This document shows positions 1 through 10,961 of a stretch of DNA of 64,000 nt, one piece after another. Within the stretch, counting starts at the first letter, position 1. Each line of letters starts with the position of its first letter. Below the pieces are notes generated by a model. That model made no database searches and had not been told where the DNA came from. It was given only the letters and a program-made list of their open reading frames with translations. Both the position numbers and the translations under genes were made by a program. Source of the stretch: an uncultured Gammaproteobacteria bacterium (GTDB lineage Bacteria; Pseudomonadota; Gammaproteobacteria; Arenicellales; CALHMG01); contig CALHMG010000054.1 of the NCBI GenBank assembly GCA_938034705.1, positions 25,773 through 89,772 on the forward strand. The letters run 5' to 3'.

Positions 1-91
1 TGAGTCGATGCGTAACCAGTTCTAGACAACCGTGATTCATAGCGGTCGGTCGCAAGAAGATGTTCCCGGTTGAGGGACAAGAGAGGAAAAA

Positions 92-241
92 ATGGGATTT
101 ATCAGTGAACTCTGGCGTTTCATGCGCGTGCGCAAGAAATTCTGGCTGGTACCTGTAATGGTGATGATGGCACTTCTCGGGGGCCTCATTGTGTTGACCC
201 AGGGGTCGGCGATCGCGCCATTCATTTACACGCTGTTCTAG
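92..241 (+). CDS. DUF5989/SxtK-like small membrane protein (49 aa, below the ORF-track cutoff)
   Basis: ATG at 92 with GAGAGG Shine-Dalgarno about 8 nt upstream. Translates to MGFISELWRFMRVRKKFWLVPVMVMMALLGGLIVLTQGSAIAPFIYTLF*. A basic N-terminus, one TM helix and the ...APFIYTLF end are typical of the small proteins found beside NodU/SxtI-type carbamoyltransferases. The listed ORF 37..225(-) is its antisense shadow. Confidence 0.65.
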   Translation: MGFISELWRFMRVRKKFWLVPVMVMMALLGGLIVLTQGSAIAPFIYTLF

Positions 242-314
242 CGTGTCCTGATCAACAGGAAATCTCGCCCGGGTGCAGGTGTTGCCCCGGGCGCCAACAG
301 GTACGGGGAAAACA

Positions 315-2150
315 ATGAAGATTCTGGGTGTATCAGCCTTTTATCACGACAGCGCCGCGGCGCTGATCGACGATGGAAAAATCGTTGCGGCTGCACAGGA
401 AGAACGCTTTACACGCGTAAAACATGATTCGGCATTTCCGGAAAACGCGGTCCGCTACTGCCTGGAACAGGCGGGGTGCGAGCTGTCTGAAGTCGACAAC
501 GTGGTGTTCTACGACAAGCCGTTTCTCAAGTTTGAACGTCTCCTCGAAACCTATCTGTCATTCGCGCCGCGCGGGTTCAAGTCTTTCAAGATGGCGATCC
601 CCCTGTGGTTGAGAGAAAAACTCTTTCAGAAGGATCTCCTGCGCAAGGAGTTCAAGAATTTCTCGGAAGACTTCGACTGGGAAAACAAGCTGCTGTTTGC
701 CGAGCACCACCAGAGTCATGCGGCCAGCGCTTTTTTTGCATCGCCTTTTGAAGAGGCGGTTGTTCTGACCATGGACGGCGTCGGCGAATGGGCGACCACC
801 AGTGTGGGTATCGGTCGTGGCGGCTCTCTCGATATGGTCAAGGAGATTCACTTCCCCCACTCCATCGGGCTGCTTTATTCAGCGTTCACCTACTATACCG
901 GGTTCAAGGTTAACTCCGGCGAATACAAGGTCATGGGCCTGGCACCCTACGGTGAGCCACGTTACGCCGATCTGATATTCGAACATCTCGTAGACCTGAA
1001 GCCCGACGGCAGCTTTCGACTGAATCAGGACTACTTCGACTACTGCACCGGTTTGCGCATGACGAACGACAAGTTCGCCGAGCTTTTTGGCGGACCCGCT
1101 CGCACACCGGAAGAAGAACTCACACAGCGTCATATGGATCTCGCCGCTTCGGTCCAGGCGGCCGTGGAAAAGATCGTGCTGACGCTCACCGAGTCGCTGG
1201 CAAAGGAAACCGGCATCGAAAATCTGTGTCTTGCAGGCGGTGTCGCGCTGAACTGCGTCGCCAACGGCAAGGTCCAGCGTCAGGGCGCCTTCAAGAATCT
1301 GTGGGTGCAGCCCGCGGCAGGGGACGCCGGCGGCGCCCTCGGCGCGGCACTTGCCGCCCACCATATCTACAAGCAGCAGCCGCGCCATCTCAATGGCGCC
1401 ATGGATGCCATGAAAGGGTCGTACCTTGGCCCGGAGTATGAACAGGACGATATCGAGGCGCGCCTGAAGGCCGCCGGTGCCAGGTTCGAGGTGGTTTCCA
1501 ATGAGGAAATCGCAAAGAAAACCGCCCGGGCGCTGGCCGACGGCGAGGCGGTCGGGTGGTTTCAGGGCCGCATGGAGTTTGGCCCCCGGGCCCTCGGCGG
1601 TCGATCAATACTCGGCGATCCGCGTTCACCCGAGATGCAGAGAACGCTCAACCTCAAGGTGAAGTATCGCGAGTCTTTCAGACCCTTCGCACCTTCGGTG
1701 CTGCGCGAAGACGTCGAGCAGTGGTTTGAACACAAAGGTGACAGTCCCTACATGCTGATCGTTGCCGACGTTGCCAAGCACATTCGCAAGTCCATGACCG
1801 CCGAAGAAGAAGCGCTGTTTGGTATTGAGAAGCTCAACGTGCCGCGTTCAGACATTCCCGCGATCACTCACGTTGACTACTCCGCGCGCATCCAGACCGT
1901 GCACGAGGAAACCAACCCGCGCTATCACGCCCTCATCAGCGAATTCAAGGCGCTTACGGGTTGTCCGGTAGTCGTCAACACGAGCTTTAACGTCCGTGGC
2001 GAACCGATTGTGTCCACACCTGAAGACGCGTTTCGCTGCTTCATGGGCACCGAGCTGGACGTCCTCAGCATCGGCAACTGCATGCTGCGCAAACCCGACC
2101 AGGATCCGGCGCTGAAGCTCGACTACAAAAACGCTTTCGAACTTGACTAA
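315..2150 (+). CDS. carbamoyltransferase, NodU/CmcH/SxtI family
   Basis: N-terminus MKILGVSAFYHDSAAALIDDGKIVAAAQEERFTRVKHD and C-terminal ...VVVNTSFNVRGEPIV... match the two-domain carbamoyltransferase family. The internal ATG at 315 is preferred over the track start at 273. Confidence 0.9.
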   Translation: MKILGVSAFYHDSAAALIDDGKIVAAAQEERFTRVKHDSAFPENAVRYCLEQAGCELSEVDNVVFYDKPFLKFERLLETYLSFAPRGFKSFKMAIPLWLREKLFQKDLLRKEFKNFSEDFDWENKLLFAEHHQSHAASAFFASPFEEAVVLTMDGVGEWATTSVGIGRGGSLDMVKEIHFPHSIGLLYSAFTYYTGFKVNSGEYKVMGLAPYGEPRYADLIFEHLVDLKPDGSFRLNQDYFDYCTGLRMTNDKFAELFGGPARTPEEELTQRHMDLAASVQAAVEKIVLTLTESLAKETGIENLCLAGGVALNCVANGKVQRQGAFKNLWVQPAAGDAGGALGAALAAHHIYKQQPRHLNGAMDAMKGSYLGPEYEQDDIEARLKAAGARFEVVSNEEIAKKTARALADGEAVGWFQGRMEFGPRALGGRSILGDPRSPEMQRTLNLKVKYRESFRPFAPSVLREDVEQWFEHKGDSPYMLIVADVAKHIRKSMTAEEEALFGIEKLNVPRSDIPAITHVDYSARIQTVHEETNPRYHALISEFKALTGCPVVVNTSFNVRGEPIVSTPEDAFRCFMGTELDVLSIGNCMLRKPDQDPALKLDYKNAFELD

Positions 2151-2162
2151 GCCTGAGCTCAC

Positions 2163-2350
2163 GCTCAGGGTCGCGAACTTACGTTCGCTGGCCGGTCTTC
2201 GCATTTAACGATCAGGGTCGCGAACTTTCTTTCGCTGGCCAGGCTTTGGGTTTAGCACACAGGTTTGCGTACTGGCGTTCGCTGGCCGGCCTTTGCGTTT
2301 GGCGCTCAGGGTCGCGAACTTTCTTTCGCTGGCCGGCCCTCGCTGACCAC
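2163..2350. repeat. tandem array of four 47-bp units, each containing a small inverted repeat
   Basis: Units at 2163-2209, 2210-2256, 2257-2303 and 2304-2350. Core is TCAGGGTCGCGAACTT(A/T)C(G/T)TTCGCTGGCC, and unit 3 is diverged. The array lies between the convergent stops of the carbamoyltransferase and gltD. Confidence 0.8.
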
Positions 2351-2434
2351 CGCTGGCAGTTAGCGTGCAGCGTTAGCATTGGGGACTGGTGTTCGGCACC
2401 GCGTCGGTGGGACGCGGCGCCCGGGCTTGACGTC

Positions 2435-3853
<1,419 letters not shown>

Positions 3854-3936
3854 TTAGTGATGCCAGTTCATCCGGTGTTATGTCATGCGGCGCAAAAGAT
3901 CGCCAGAAAACCTGCGGACATTGGGTAAATGACGGG

Positions 3937-6900
3937 TCAGGCCGCACGCATCAGCGTGTTCAGCAGGGTTTCCAGATCCGCGGCCTTTGGCTTAACCAGC
4001 CAGAATCGCCCATACAGGTCCTGAAAGTCTTCCTGCAGAGTCTGTCCCCACTTGCTGCCGGTCTCTGCGACGTATTCATCGATGGAAGCTTTCAGATAAT
4101 TCAGATGGGCTTCCATGCTTTCCGACGTCAGTCGATGAATGTCGATCAGTTCGTGATTGTAGCAGTCAACAAACACGCGCTCGGTGTCCAGAACGAACGC
4201 AATTCCACCCGTCATCCCGGCGCCAAAGTTCAGGCCCGTCTGGCCAAGCACCGTCACGACGCCACCGGTCATGTATTCGCAACCGTGATCACCACAGCCC
4301 TCTACAACCGCAGTCGCGCCGGAGTTGCGAACCGCAAACCTCTCCCCCGCACGGCCCGCCGCATAGAGCTTGCCGCCCGTTGCTCCGTAAAGGCACGTGT
4401 TGCCGATGATGGCGCTGTCCTCGCTTCGAATTTGCGAATCAGCGGGCGGTGAAATAACGAGCTTGCCGCCCGCCATTCCTTTTGCGACGTAGTCATTCGC
4501 GTCGCCCTCGAGGTACATGTTCAGCCCGCCAGCATTCCACACGCCAAAGCTCTGGCCGGCGGTGCCGCGAAGTCGCACCGTTATCGGAGCCTCTTCCATT
4601 CCGAGATTGCCGTGCCGACGCGCGATTGCGCCGGAAAGACGCGCGCCGATTGAGCGATCGGTATTGCGAATCGGATAATGAAACTCGCCGCCCGACATCG
4701 CCTCGATTGCGGGGCGGGTCTCGTCGACCATTCGCTCCGCAAGCTCCGCTTTATCCCACGGCTCGTTTCGGCTGACCTTGCAGTACTGATCAATCGAAGG
4801 GTCGACGCCGGCGTCAGACAGAACAGGTGACAGATCAAGACGCTTCTGACGTGGCGTATTGCCTTCCAGCAGATCGAGCAGATCAACGCGTCCGATCGCT
4901 TCCTCCAGCGAGCGCAGCCCGAGAGATGCCAGAAGTTCGCGAACTTCCTCAGCAACGAACCTGAAGTAGTTGACTACGCGTTCCGGTGAACCGGAGAAGT
5001 GTCGCTTGCGCAGCGTCGCATGCTGCGTTGCAACACCGGTGGCGCAGTTGTTCAGATGGCAAATTCGCAGATATTTGCAGCCCAGCGCTACCATCGGCAG
5101 CGTGCCAAAGCCGAAACTTTCGGCGCCGAGAATTGCAGCCTTGACGACATCCAGACCCGTCTTGAGTCCACCATCCGTCTGAACCCGCACCTTGCCGCGC
5201 AGCTTGTTGGCGCGCAACACCTGGTGGGTCTCGCTTAAACCGAGTTCCCACGGACTGCCGGCATACTTCACCGAAGTCAGAGGGCTTGCACCCGTTCCGC
5301 CATCGTAGCCGGCAATGGTGATCAAATCGGCATAACACTTGGCGACGCCTGCCGCGATCGTCCCGACACCGGCCTCGGCGACGAGCTTTACGGAAACCAG
5401 CGCCTCGGGATTGACCTGCTTCAGGTCGAATATCAGCTGCGCAAGATCTTCAATCGAATAGATATCGTGGTGAGGCGGCGGCGAGATCAGCGCGACGCCG
5501 GGCTTGGAGTAGCGCAGACGCGCAATCAGTTCGTTGACCTTGTGGCCGGGAAGCTGCCCACCCTCGCCGGGCTTCGCTCCCTGGGCGACCTTGATCTGCA
5601 GCACCTCGGCGTTGACGAGATATTCAGGCGTTACGCCAAACCGACCTGACGCAACCTGCTTGATTTTCGAAGATCGCGACGTGCCGTAGCGCGCCGGATC
5701 CTCACCGCCCTCGCCCGAATTTGAACGGCCGCCGATGATATTCATGGCCTCGGCCAGCGCCTCATGAGCCTCGGGCGACAGCGCGCCAAGAGACATGCCC
5801 GCGCTGTCAAAGCGCAACATGATCGACTCGGCTGATTCCACCTCTTCAAGCGCGACTGCGCTCTGGTTGCTCTTGATCTGTATCAGGTCGCGCAAGACCG
5901 TGACCGGTCGGTTGTTCACCAGGTCAGCGAACTCGCGATATTTCTCCTGATCGCCCGTCTCAACGGCTTCGTGTATCGCCTTGATGATGTCGGGGTTGTA
6001 CGCGTGGTACTCACCGCCGTGAACAAACTTCAGCAGGCCACCCTGACTGGCTGGCTCGCGTGGATTCCAGGCATCGGCCGCGAGTGATCTCTGGTCTTCG
6101 TCCAGATCCTCGAAAGTGGTGCCCTCAATTCGGCACACGGTTCCGGCAAAACACTTGTCGACAACCCGGGAGGACAGTCCAACCGCTTCAAACAGCTGTG
6201 CGCCACGGTAGCTGGTTACTGTCGAAATACCCATCTTCGACATGATCTTGTACAGACCCTTGTTAATACCGCGGCGATAGCTGCGCAGGTGCTCTTCCGC
6301 CGATTGCCCTGCGTTGATGACCCCGTTTCGGATCATGTCGTAGATGATCTCGTAAACCAGGTACGGATAGACGGCCGTTGCTCCGTAACCGAGCAGAACG
6401 GCAAAGGCATGCGGATCCCGAGCGGTTGCGGTTTCAATGACGAGATTGGCGTCACAGCGAATCCCGTCCGTTATCAGACGATGATGCACCGCGCCCGTTG
6501 CAAGAGATGCGTGGAGCGGAAGCCGACCCTTTTCTATGTTGCGATCAGAAAGCACGACAATCGAATGGCCCTGACTGACCGCGTCAGCAACGTCATCGCA
6601 AATTCGATTCAGCGCCGTCTCCAGCGTCTCGGACTCGGGATAGCTCAGATCAACGGTTGTCGACCTGTACCTCAAATCGTCTTCGCCGACCTGCATCAGC
6701 TGGTGAAACTTGTCTGCCGAAAGAATTGGAGAATCTACAACCACTCTTGCGGCGTGCTCCGGTGTTTCCGTGAACACATTGCGCTCTCTACCGAAGCACG
6801 TCTCCAGAGACATCACGACCTGCTCACGCAGCGGGTCAATCGGCGGATTGGTGACCTGCGCGAACTGCTGGCGGAAGTAGTCGTAGGGCGAGCGGACCTG

Positions 6901-8487
6901 CTCGGACAACACGGCGAACGGCGTGTCGTCACCCATCGAGCCCACCGCTTCCTGACCGGATTCTGCAAGCACACGAATAACCTGGTCTCGTTCTTCTCTG
7001 GACACCAGGAACATTTTTTCGAACACGGCCAGGGAGGCCGGATTCATCTCGACATCTCGAAACTCGTCTTCCGAGAGTTTTGCGGCGAGACGAATCTGTC
7101 CGGCTTTCAGCCACTGCTTGTACGGCTTGCCCTGCTTTAGCCTGTTTTCGATGTCTGCCGGCGCCAGCAGCTGACCGTTGCGGGTGTCGGCTGCCATCAT
7201 CTGTCCGGGCTTGAGTCGACCCTTTTCAACGATGTCCGACGCCGGGAGGTCAACCACCCCGACCTCTGTCGCAAGAATGATGTGCCGATCGCGCGTTACC
7301 GCGTAGCGTGCTGGACGCAGGCCGTTACGATCGAGGGCGCACACGGCGTAGCGTCCGTCGGTCAGTACGATTCCGGCCGGACCGTCCCAGGGCTCCATGT
7401 GCATCGAGTTGAACCGGTGAAACGCTCTCAGCTCGGGATCCATCGTCTCGACATTCTGCCAGCCGGGCGGAATCAGGATGTTCATCGCTCGAAAGATATC
7501 GACGCCACCGGCAATCAGTACTTCAAGCATGTTGTCCAGGCTCATCGAGTCTGAACCATCCGTTGTAATCAACGGACGTATGTCATCCATGTTCTCAATG
7601 AGTGGCGAATCAAACTTGAATCGACGGGCTTTCGCCCAGTTACGATTGCCGTTGATGGTGTTGATCTCGCCATTGTGGGCGAGGTAACGAAAAGGCTGTG
7701 CCAGTCGCCACTGCGGCAGCGTGTTGGTTGAGAAGCGCTGATGGAAAACAGCCAGCGACGACTCAAGACGAGGATCCGCCAGGTCGGTAAAAAATGCCGG
7801 CAGATTCACGGGCATCATCAGACCCTTGTACAGAATCTTGCGACAGGACAGGCTCGCGATATAGGTATCGAGGCCAGCTTCATCGATTCGTTTTTCGCAG
7901 CGGCGCCGGGCAACAAACAACGCACGCTCAAAACTCTGTGCGTCAGCGCCCTGTGCCGCGTTAACGAATATCTGTTCGAAACGCGGCCGCGATGACAGCG
8001 CCTCCTCTCCAAGCACCGCATCATCCGTCGGCACCACGCGGTAGCCGGCAACGGTCATGCCATCGCGCTCAAGCTCCTCGTCAAGAATTCGCCGTGACTT
8101 TTCTGCGTCAGCGTCATCGAGAGGCAGAAACAGCATGCCGGCCGCAAAAACAGACGCCGGCTCCAGGCCCGCCTCGACAGCAAGCGATCTGAGAAATGAT
8201 TCAGGAAAGCCGATCAGCAACCCGCACCCGTCTCCCGACTTGCCGTCAGCGGCAACGGCGCCACGGTGAGTGAGGTTGGTCAGTGCGTCGATCGCCTGCT
8301 TGATCAGATGGTGACTGGGTCGACCATCCATCTGCGCGATCATTCCCCAACCACAGTTGTCGTGTTCAAACGCAGCGTCATACAGTCCGCCGCAAAGCGG
8401 TTGCCGATGACGGGGTTGAGGACGGTCCTGGCCTGCGGCCGTGTCGGCCGGCTGGCGGGTTGATGTGCTGTCACTTGCGCGTTGCAT
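3937..8487 (-). CDS. gltB: glutamate synthase large subunit
   Basis: 1516 aa. Cys45 within ...[12 protein letters not shown]... matches the Ntn-amidotransferase nucleophile exposed after propeptide removal. Full-length amidotransferase, FMN and C-terminal GXGXG domains are present. Confidence 0.95.
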   Translation of the reverse strand: MQRASDSTSTRQPADTAAGQDRPQPRHRQPLCGGLYDAAFEHDNCGWGMIAQMDGRPSHHLIKQAIDALTNLTHRGAVAADGKSGDGCGLLIGFPESFLRSLAVEAGLEPASVFAAGMLFLPLDDADAEKSRRILDEELERDGMTVAGYRVVPTDDAVLGEEALSSRPRFEQIFVNAAQGADAQSFERALFVARRRCEKRIDEAGLDTYIASLSCRKILYKGLMMPVNLPAFFTDLADPRLESSLAVFHQRFSTNTLPQWRLAQPFRYLAHNGEINTINGNRNWAKARRFKFDSPLIENMDDIRPLITTDGSDSMSLDNMLEVLIAGGVDIFRAMNILIPPGWQNVETMDPELRAFHRFNSMHMEPWDGPAGIVLTDGRYAVCALDRNGLRPARYAVTRDRHIILATEVGVVDLPASDIVEKGRLKPGQMMAADTRNGQLLAPADIENRLKQGKPYKQWLKAGQIRLAAKLSEDEFRDVEMNPASLAVFEKMFLVSREERDQVIRVLAESGQEAVGSMGDDTPFAVLSEQVRSPYDYFRQQFAQVTNPPIDPLREQVVMSLETCFGRERNVFTETPEHAARVVVDSPILSADKFHQLMQVGEDDLRYRSTTVDLSYPESETLETALNRICDDVADAVSQGHSIVVLSDRNIEKGRLPLHASLATGAVHHRLITDGIRCDANLVIETATARDPHAFAVLLGYGATAVYPYLVYEIIYDMIRNGVINAGQSAEEHLRSYRRGINKGLYKIMSKMGISTVTSYRGAQLFEAVGLSSRVVDKCFAGTVCRIEGTTFEDLDEDQRSLAADAWNPREPASQGGLLKFVHGGEYHAYNPDIIKAIHEAVETGDQEKYREFADLVNNRPVTVLRDLIQIKSNQSAVALEEVESAESIMLRFDSAGMSLGALSPEAHEALAEAMNIIGGRSNSGEGGEDPARYGTSRSSKIKQVASGRFGVTPEYLVNAEVLQIKVAQGAKPGEGGQLPGHKVNELIARLRYSKPGVALISPPPHHDIYSIEDLAQLIFDLKQVNPEALVSVKLVAEAGVGTIAAGVAKCYADLITIAGYDGGTGASPLTSVKYAGSPWELGLSETHQVLRANKLRGKVRVQTDGGLKTGLDVVKAAILGAESFGFGTLPMVALGCKYLRICHLNNCATGVATQHATLRKRHFSGSPERVVNYFRFVAEEVRELLASLGLRSLEEAIGRVDLLDLLEGNTPRQKRLDLSPVLSDAGVDPSIDQYCKVSRNEPWDKAELAERMVDETRPAIEAMSGGEFHYPIRNTDRSIGARLSGAIARRHGNLGMEEAPITVRLRGTAGQSFGVWNAGGLNMYLEGDANDYVAKGMAGGKLVISPPADSQIRSEDSAIIGNTCLYGATGGKLYAAGRAGERFAVRNSGATAVVEGCGDHGCEYMTGGVVTVLGQTGLNFGAGMTGGIAFVLDTERVFVDCYNHELIDIHRLTSESMEAHLNYLKASIDEYVAETGSKWGQTLQEDFQDLYGRFWLVKPKAADLETLLNTLMRAA

Positions 8488-8600
8488 GCGGTTCCCCGGA
8501 CTTAAGATCAGTTCAACTAGCTTCCCCCCCCTCAGCGCGACTCACTTGCAGTGCGCGGGACTCGAATCGGTCCGCTGCAGCCGCCCCCTCAAATCCGAAC

Positions 8601-8631
8601 CGGATTCGGATTCGGATTCGTATTCGTATTC
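8601..8631. repeat. imperfect hexanucleotide microsatellite (CGGATT)x3(CGTATT)x2
   Basis: Direct reading of cggattcggattcggattcgtattcgtattc, about 115 nt upstream of the gltB start. Confidence 0.7.
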
Positions 8632-8936
8632 AATGGTGTTTGGGTGTTTGCATGTGGGTTACGAGGGGTCCCGACCGGTCGGCTGGAGATACGCTGAACC
8701 AGCGGTACGACAAGGGTCGACTGATTCAGCAAGCCTGGTGTTTCAGGCGCACTGCGCGCCGGGCGGCCGCGCAGTATACCGTTTGCAAATCTTTGCGTAT
8801 AGCGGCGCCAGCACCGCGGGGGATGGGACAAAAACCTTCAGAATCGGCAGGCCCCGGTGATTTGCGCGGTAAAAAGTGATGAAAGTAGGATTTGCATTTG
8901 CGTGCCTGCGCAAACCCTTCTGACTGCAGGAAACGC

Positions 8937-9404
8937 CTAGTTGCTGGGCACCAGGCGTGGGTTCCAGAAAATCCGTCCCTTTTCCTTCGACTCCTCCCGA
9001 AGCTGGGTCCCTTTGAAAACGCGGGTCTGGTCAAAGAAACCCTCTTTCATCACACGCAACGTCACGGTCGACTTTTTGTCGAGCTCGTCACCCGTGTACT
9101 GGCGAGTCGTTACCAGCGGCGTATTGCCGAGGTAGATCCAGTCGGTCTTCGCACCTTCGCGATCTTTCACCTGGAACATGACGTAGGCACCGAGGGGGTC
9201 AGACTGAATATTGAACGGCACGTTGCGCTTGGGCGAAGCGCAACCCGTCAACAGGACGCCGGCGAGCACGACCCACAGCGGTGCCAGACTCATGCGCACT
9301 GGCTTCGCTGACGGTCGGCTGGAGCCGCGCAGTTTTGCGCCCGCTCGGGGGTTGGATGTTGAAGTCATCGGCACGTTGAACATCGTCTGTCTCTTCAGTC
9401 TCAC
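8937..9404 (-). CDS. PEGA-domain lipoprotein (start uncertain; alternatives at 9383, 9368 and 9293)
   Basis: Lipobox LLTGC after a hydrophobic stretch. PEGA-like core SDPLGAYVMF...LGNTPL...LRVMKEGF. Confidence 0.7.
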   Translation of the reverse strand: MRLKRQTMFNVPMTSTSNPRAGAKLRGSSRPSAKPVRMSLAPLWVVLAGVLLTGCASPKRNVPFNIQSDPLGAYVMFQVKDREGAKTDWIYLGNTPLVTTRQYTGDELDKKSTVTLRVMKEGFFDQTRVFKGTQLREESKEKGRIFWNPRLVPSN

Positions 9405-9471
9405 AGGATAACGTTATAAATACGGTAACAGGAAAACGGCTGTTCGCTTATTCGAACGCGGCTGGTCGAAC

Positions 9472-9858
9472 TTACTGATTCTGGTCAAGCGTCACTTCGA
9501 CGTGCTGGGGCTCATCCAGTGCTTCACTCTTGGAAGAATGTCGCAGCGTCACCCAGAACGAGGTGACCTTGTCGCGAAAGCCTTCTTTCTGGAGGCGAAC
9601 GTTGATGCGCTTCTTCTCCTGACTGTCCTCGCGCCACCAGACCTTGAAAGGCGTCACGCCAAGCACGGTGTCGTCGTCTACGTTGACGACTTCCGCCCCC
9701 GGGGGCTGAGACTGGATAAATGCAGCGCCATGATAGGAACATCCGGTGATCAGCAGCGCCACCGCCAGCAACGGCGCCAGCATAAAGCGACGGATTGAGC
9801 GGGCACCGCAGATTTGAAGAATTCGATTCATAGTCGTCTTGGTTGAGTAGTTAGTCAC
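9472..9858 (-). CDS. PEGA-domain lipoprotein (paralogue of 8937..9404; possible start at 9831)
   Basis: Lipobox LITGC. Classic PEGA signature QSQPPGAEVVNVDDDTVLGVTPFKV...VRLQKEGFRD. Confidence 0.75.
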   Translation of the reverse strand: MTNYSTKTTMNRILQICGARSIRRFMLAPLLAVALLITGCSYHGAAFIQSQPPGAEVVNVDDDTVLGVTPFKVWWREDSQEKKRINVRLQKEGFRDKVTSFWVTLRHSSKSEALDEPQHVEVTLDQNQ

Positions 9859-10018
9859 ACGCCTTCGGATTCTGAATATGAAGCCATGTCAGGCGTGCTG
9901 AATCAGCAGATATTTACCACTTTTGTTGATGCAAGGTGTAACACTGCACCAGACATCGCGCAAGAGACAACTCAAGCCCGGAATCGCCGCCCGCCGGGCA
10001 AAAACGCTTTCTTTACGT

Positions 10019-10828
10019 TCAGGGACGGAATTCAACACCGAGCCAGGCGACATTGGTATCGACCACCTCGTAGTGAGTAAATTCAGCGCGCAAATGAACC
10101 TGTTCCGTGAGTCCAAACTTAAGACCGGCTCCGATTGCAACGTCGGCACCAGACTCTGAAGCTGTCTCGGTCACGTCCTCAATCGCCAGGGACTGACCAC
10201 CGAGGGACAGCGTGCCGCGAGCGGTGGCGGTTGCATCGGCATCCCACGCGAGCACACCGACACGCCCGAAGATCGAGAAGCGTGGAGTGATTGGTGCGTT
10301 GAGTACCGCGTCCAGACCGAGACCCTTTATCGACAGCTTGATGTCAGCATCGCCATCGACCCGAACGCCTTCAACGACGGTGCGGCCTGCAAGGTCAGCC
10401 CGCACGTCACCGAGATCAGTGATGCTCGCCTCGAGGCTGAACCAGCGACTGAACTGATAGCCCGCAAAAATTCGGATGGCGGTGCCGGTGTCATCGGCCT
10501 GGCAGTCACCACCGCCGACCAGCGTTGCGAGCGCCTGGGAAACGCGGGCGTCATCTTCACCGGCTACGGCATCGTTGATCTCGTCGACGATCTCGTCACA
10601 CTCATCCGTGCTGCCGAAGTAGCGCGCGGCGCCGCCGCTGACACCAAAATAAATGCCGCGATCCGGGGCGCTGTAGCTTTGCGCGCTCGCCACCACCGGC
10701 GTCAGCACAATCGTCACAAGAACGAGCAGCACGGCGATGGACACGATGATGATCTGGATGCGTTCGGCAGTGTTAAAGCGGCAGCGGACATCGATTTCCG
10801 ATTCCGCGCGAACGGGTTCCTGGGACAC
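10019..10828 (-). CDS. outer-membrane beta-barrel protein (OmpA-N/OmpW-like small barrel) with an acidic Cys-bracketed loop
   Basis: Alternating amphipathic strands (IFAGYQFSRWFSLEASI, FSIFGRVGVLAWDA, VAIGAGLKFGL, HLRAEFTHYE, WLGVEF). Cleavage-like site VASAQS. AT-rich promoter-like region at 10830-10930. Confidence 0.7.
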   Translation of the reverse strand: MSQEPVRAESEIDVRCRFNTAERIQIIIVSIAVLLVLVTIVLTPVVASAQSYSAPDRGIYFGVSGGAARYFGSTDECDEIVDEINDAVAGEDDARVSQALATLVGGGDCQADDTGTAIRIFAGYQFSRWFSLEASITDLGDVRADLAGRTVVEGVRVDGDADIKLSIKGLGLDAVLNAPITPRFSIFGRVGVLAWDADATATARGTLSLGGQSLAIEDVTETASESGADVAIGAGLKFGLTEQVHLRAEFTHYEVVDTNVAWLGVEFRP

Positions 10829-10961
10829 AGCTGATCCTCAAATACATTTGAATAATCAGCACTTTATGAGGCTTATCTTAAGAGAATTATAAGCATTACA
10901 GACCAACGGTCTATTTTAACGGCATCAACGGTAAAGCGTCGCTCACGTCAGCCGCGCGGTC

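Noticed and set aside
37-225. Track ORF of 62 aa on the minus strand at the window start
   Set aside because: It lies exactly antisense to the better-supported 49-aa plus-strand ORF (92..241), which has a Shine-Dalgarno and a recognisable family signature. The minus-strand product has no start context and a Pro/Arg/Ser-rich composition.
2163-2350. Possible CRISPR array
   Set aside because: The repeats are directly contiguous with no spacers, there are only four diverging copies, and no cas genes occur in the window.
8441-9034. Overlapping ORFs (8441..8860+, 8460..8879+, 8589..8831-, 8726..9034-) upstream of gltB
   Set aside because: They overlap one another in several frames, run through the hexamer microsatellite, and have no ribosome-binding sites. 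They look like chance ORFs in a GC-rich spacer.
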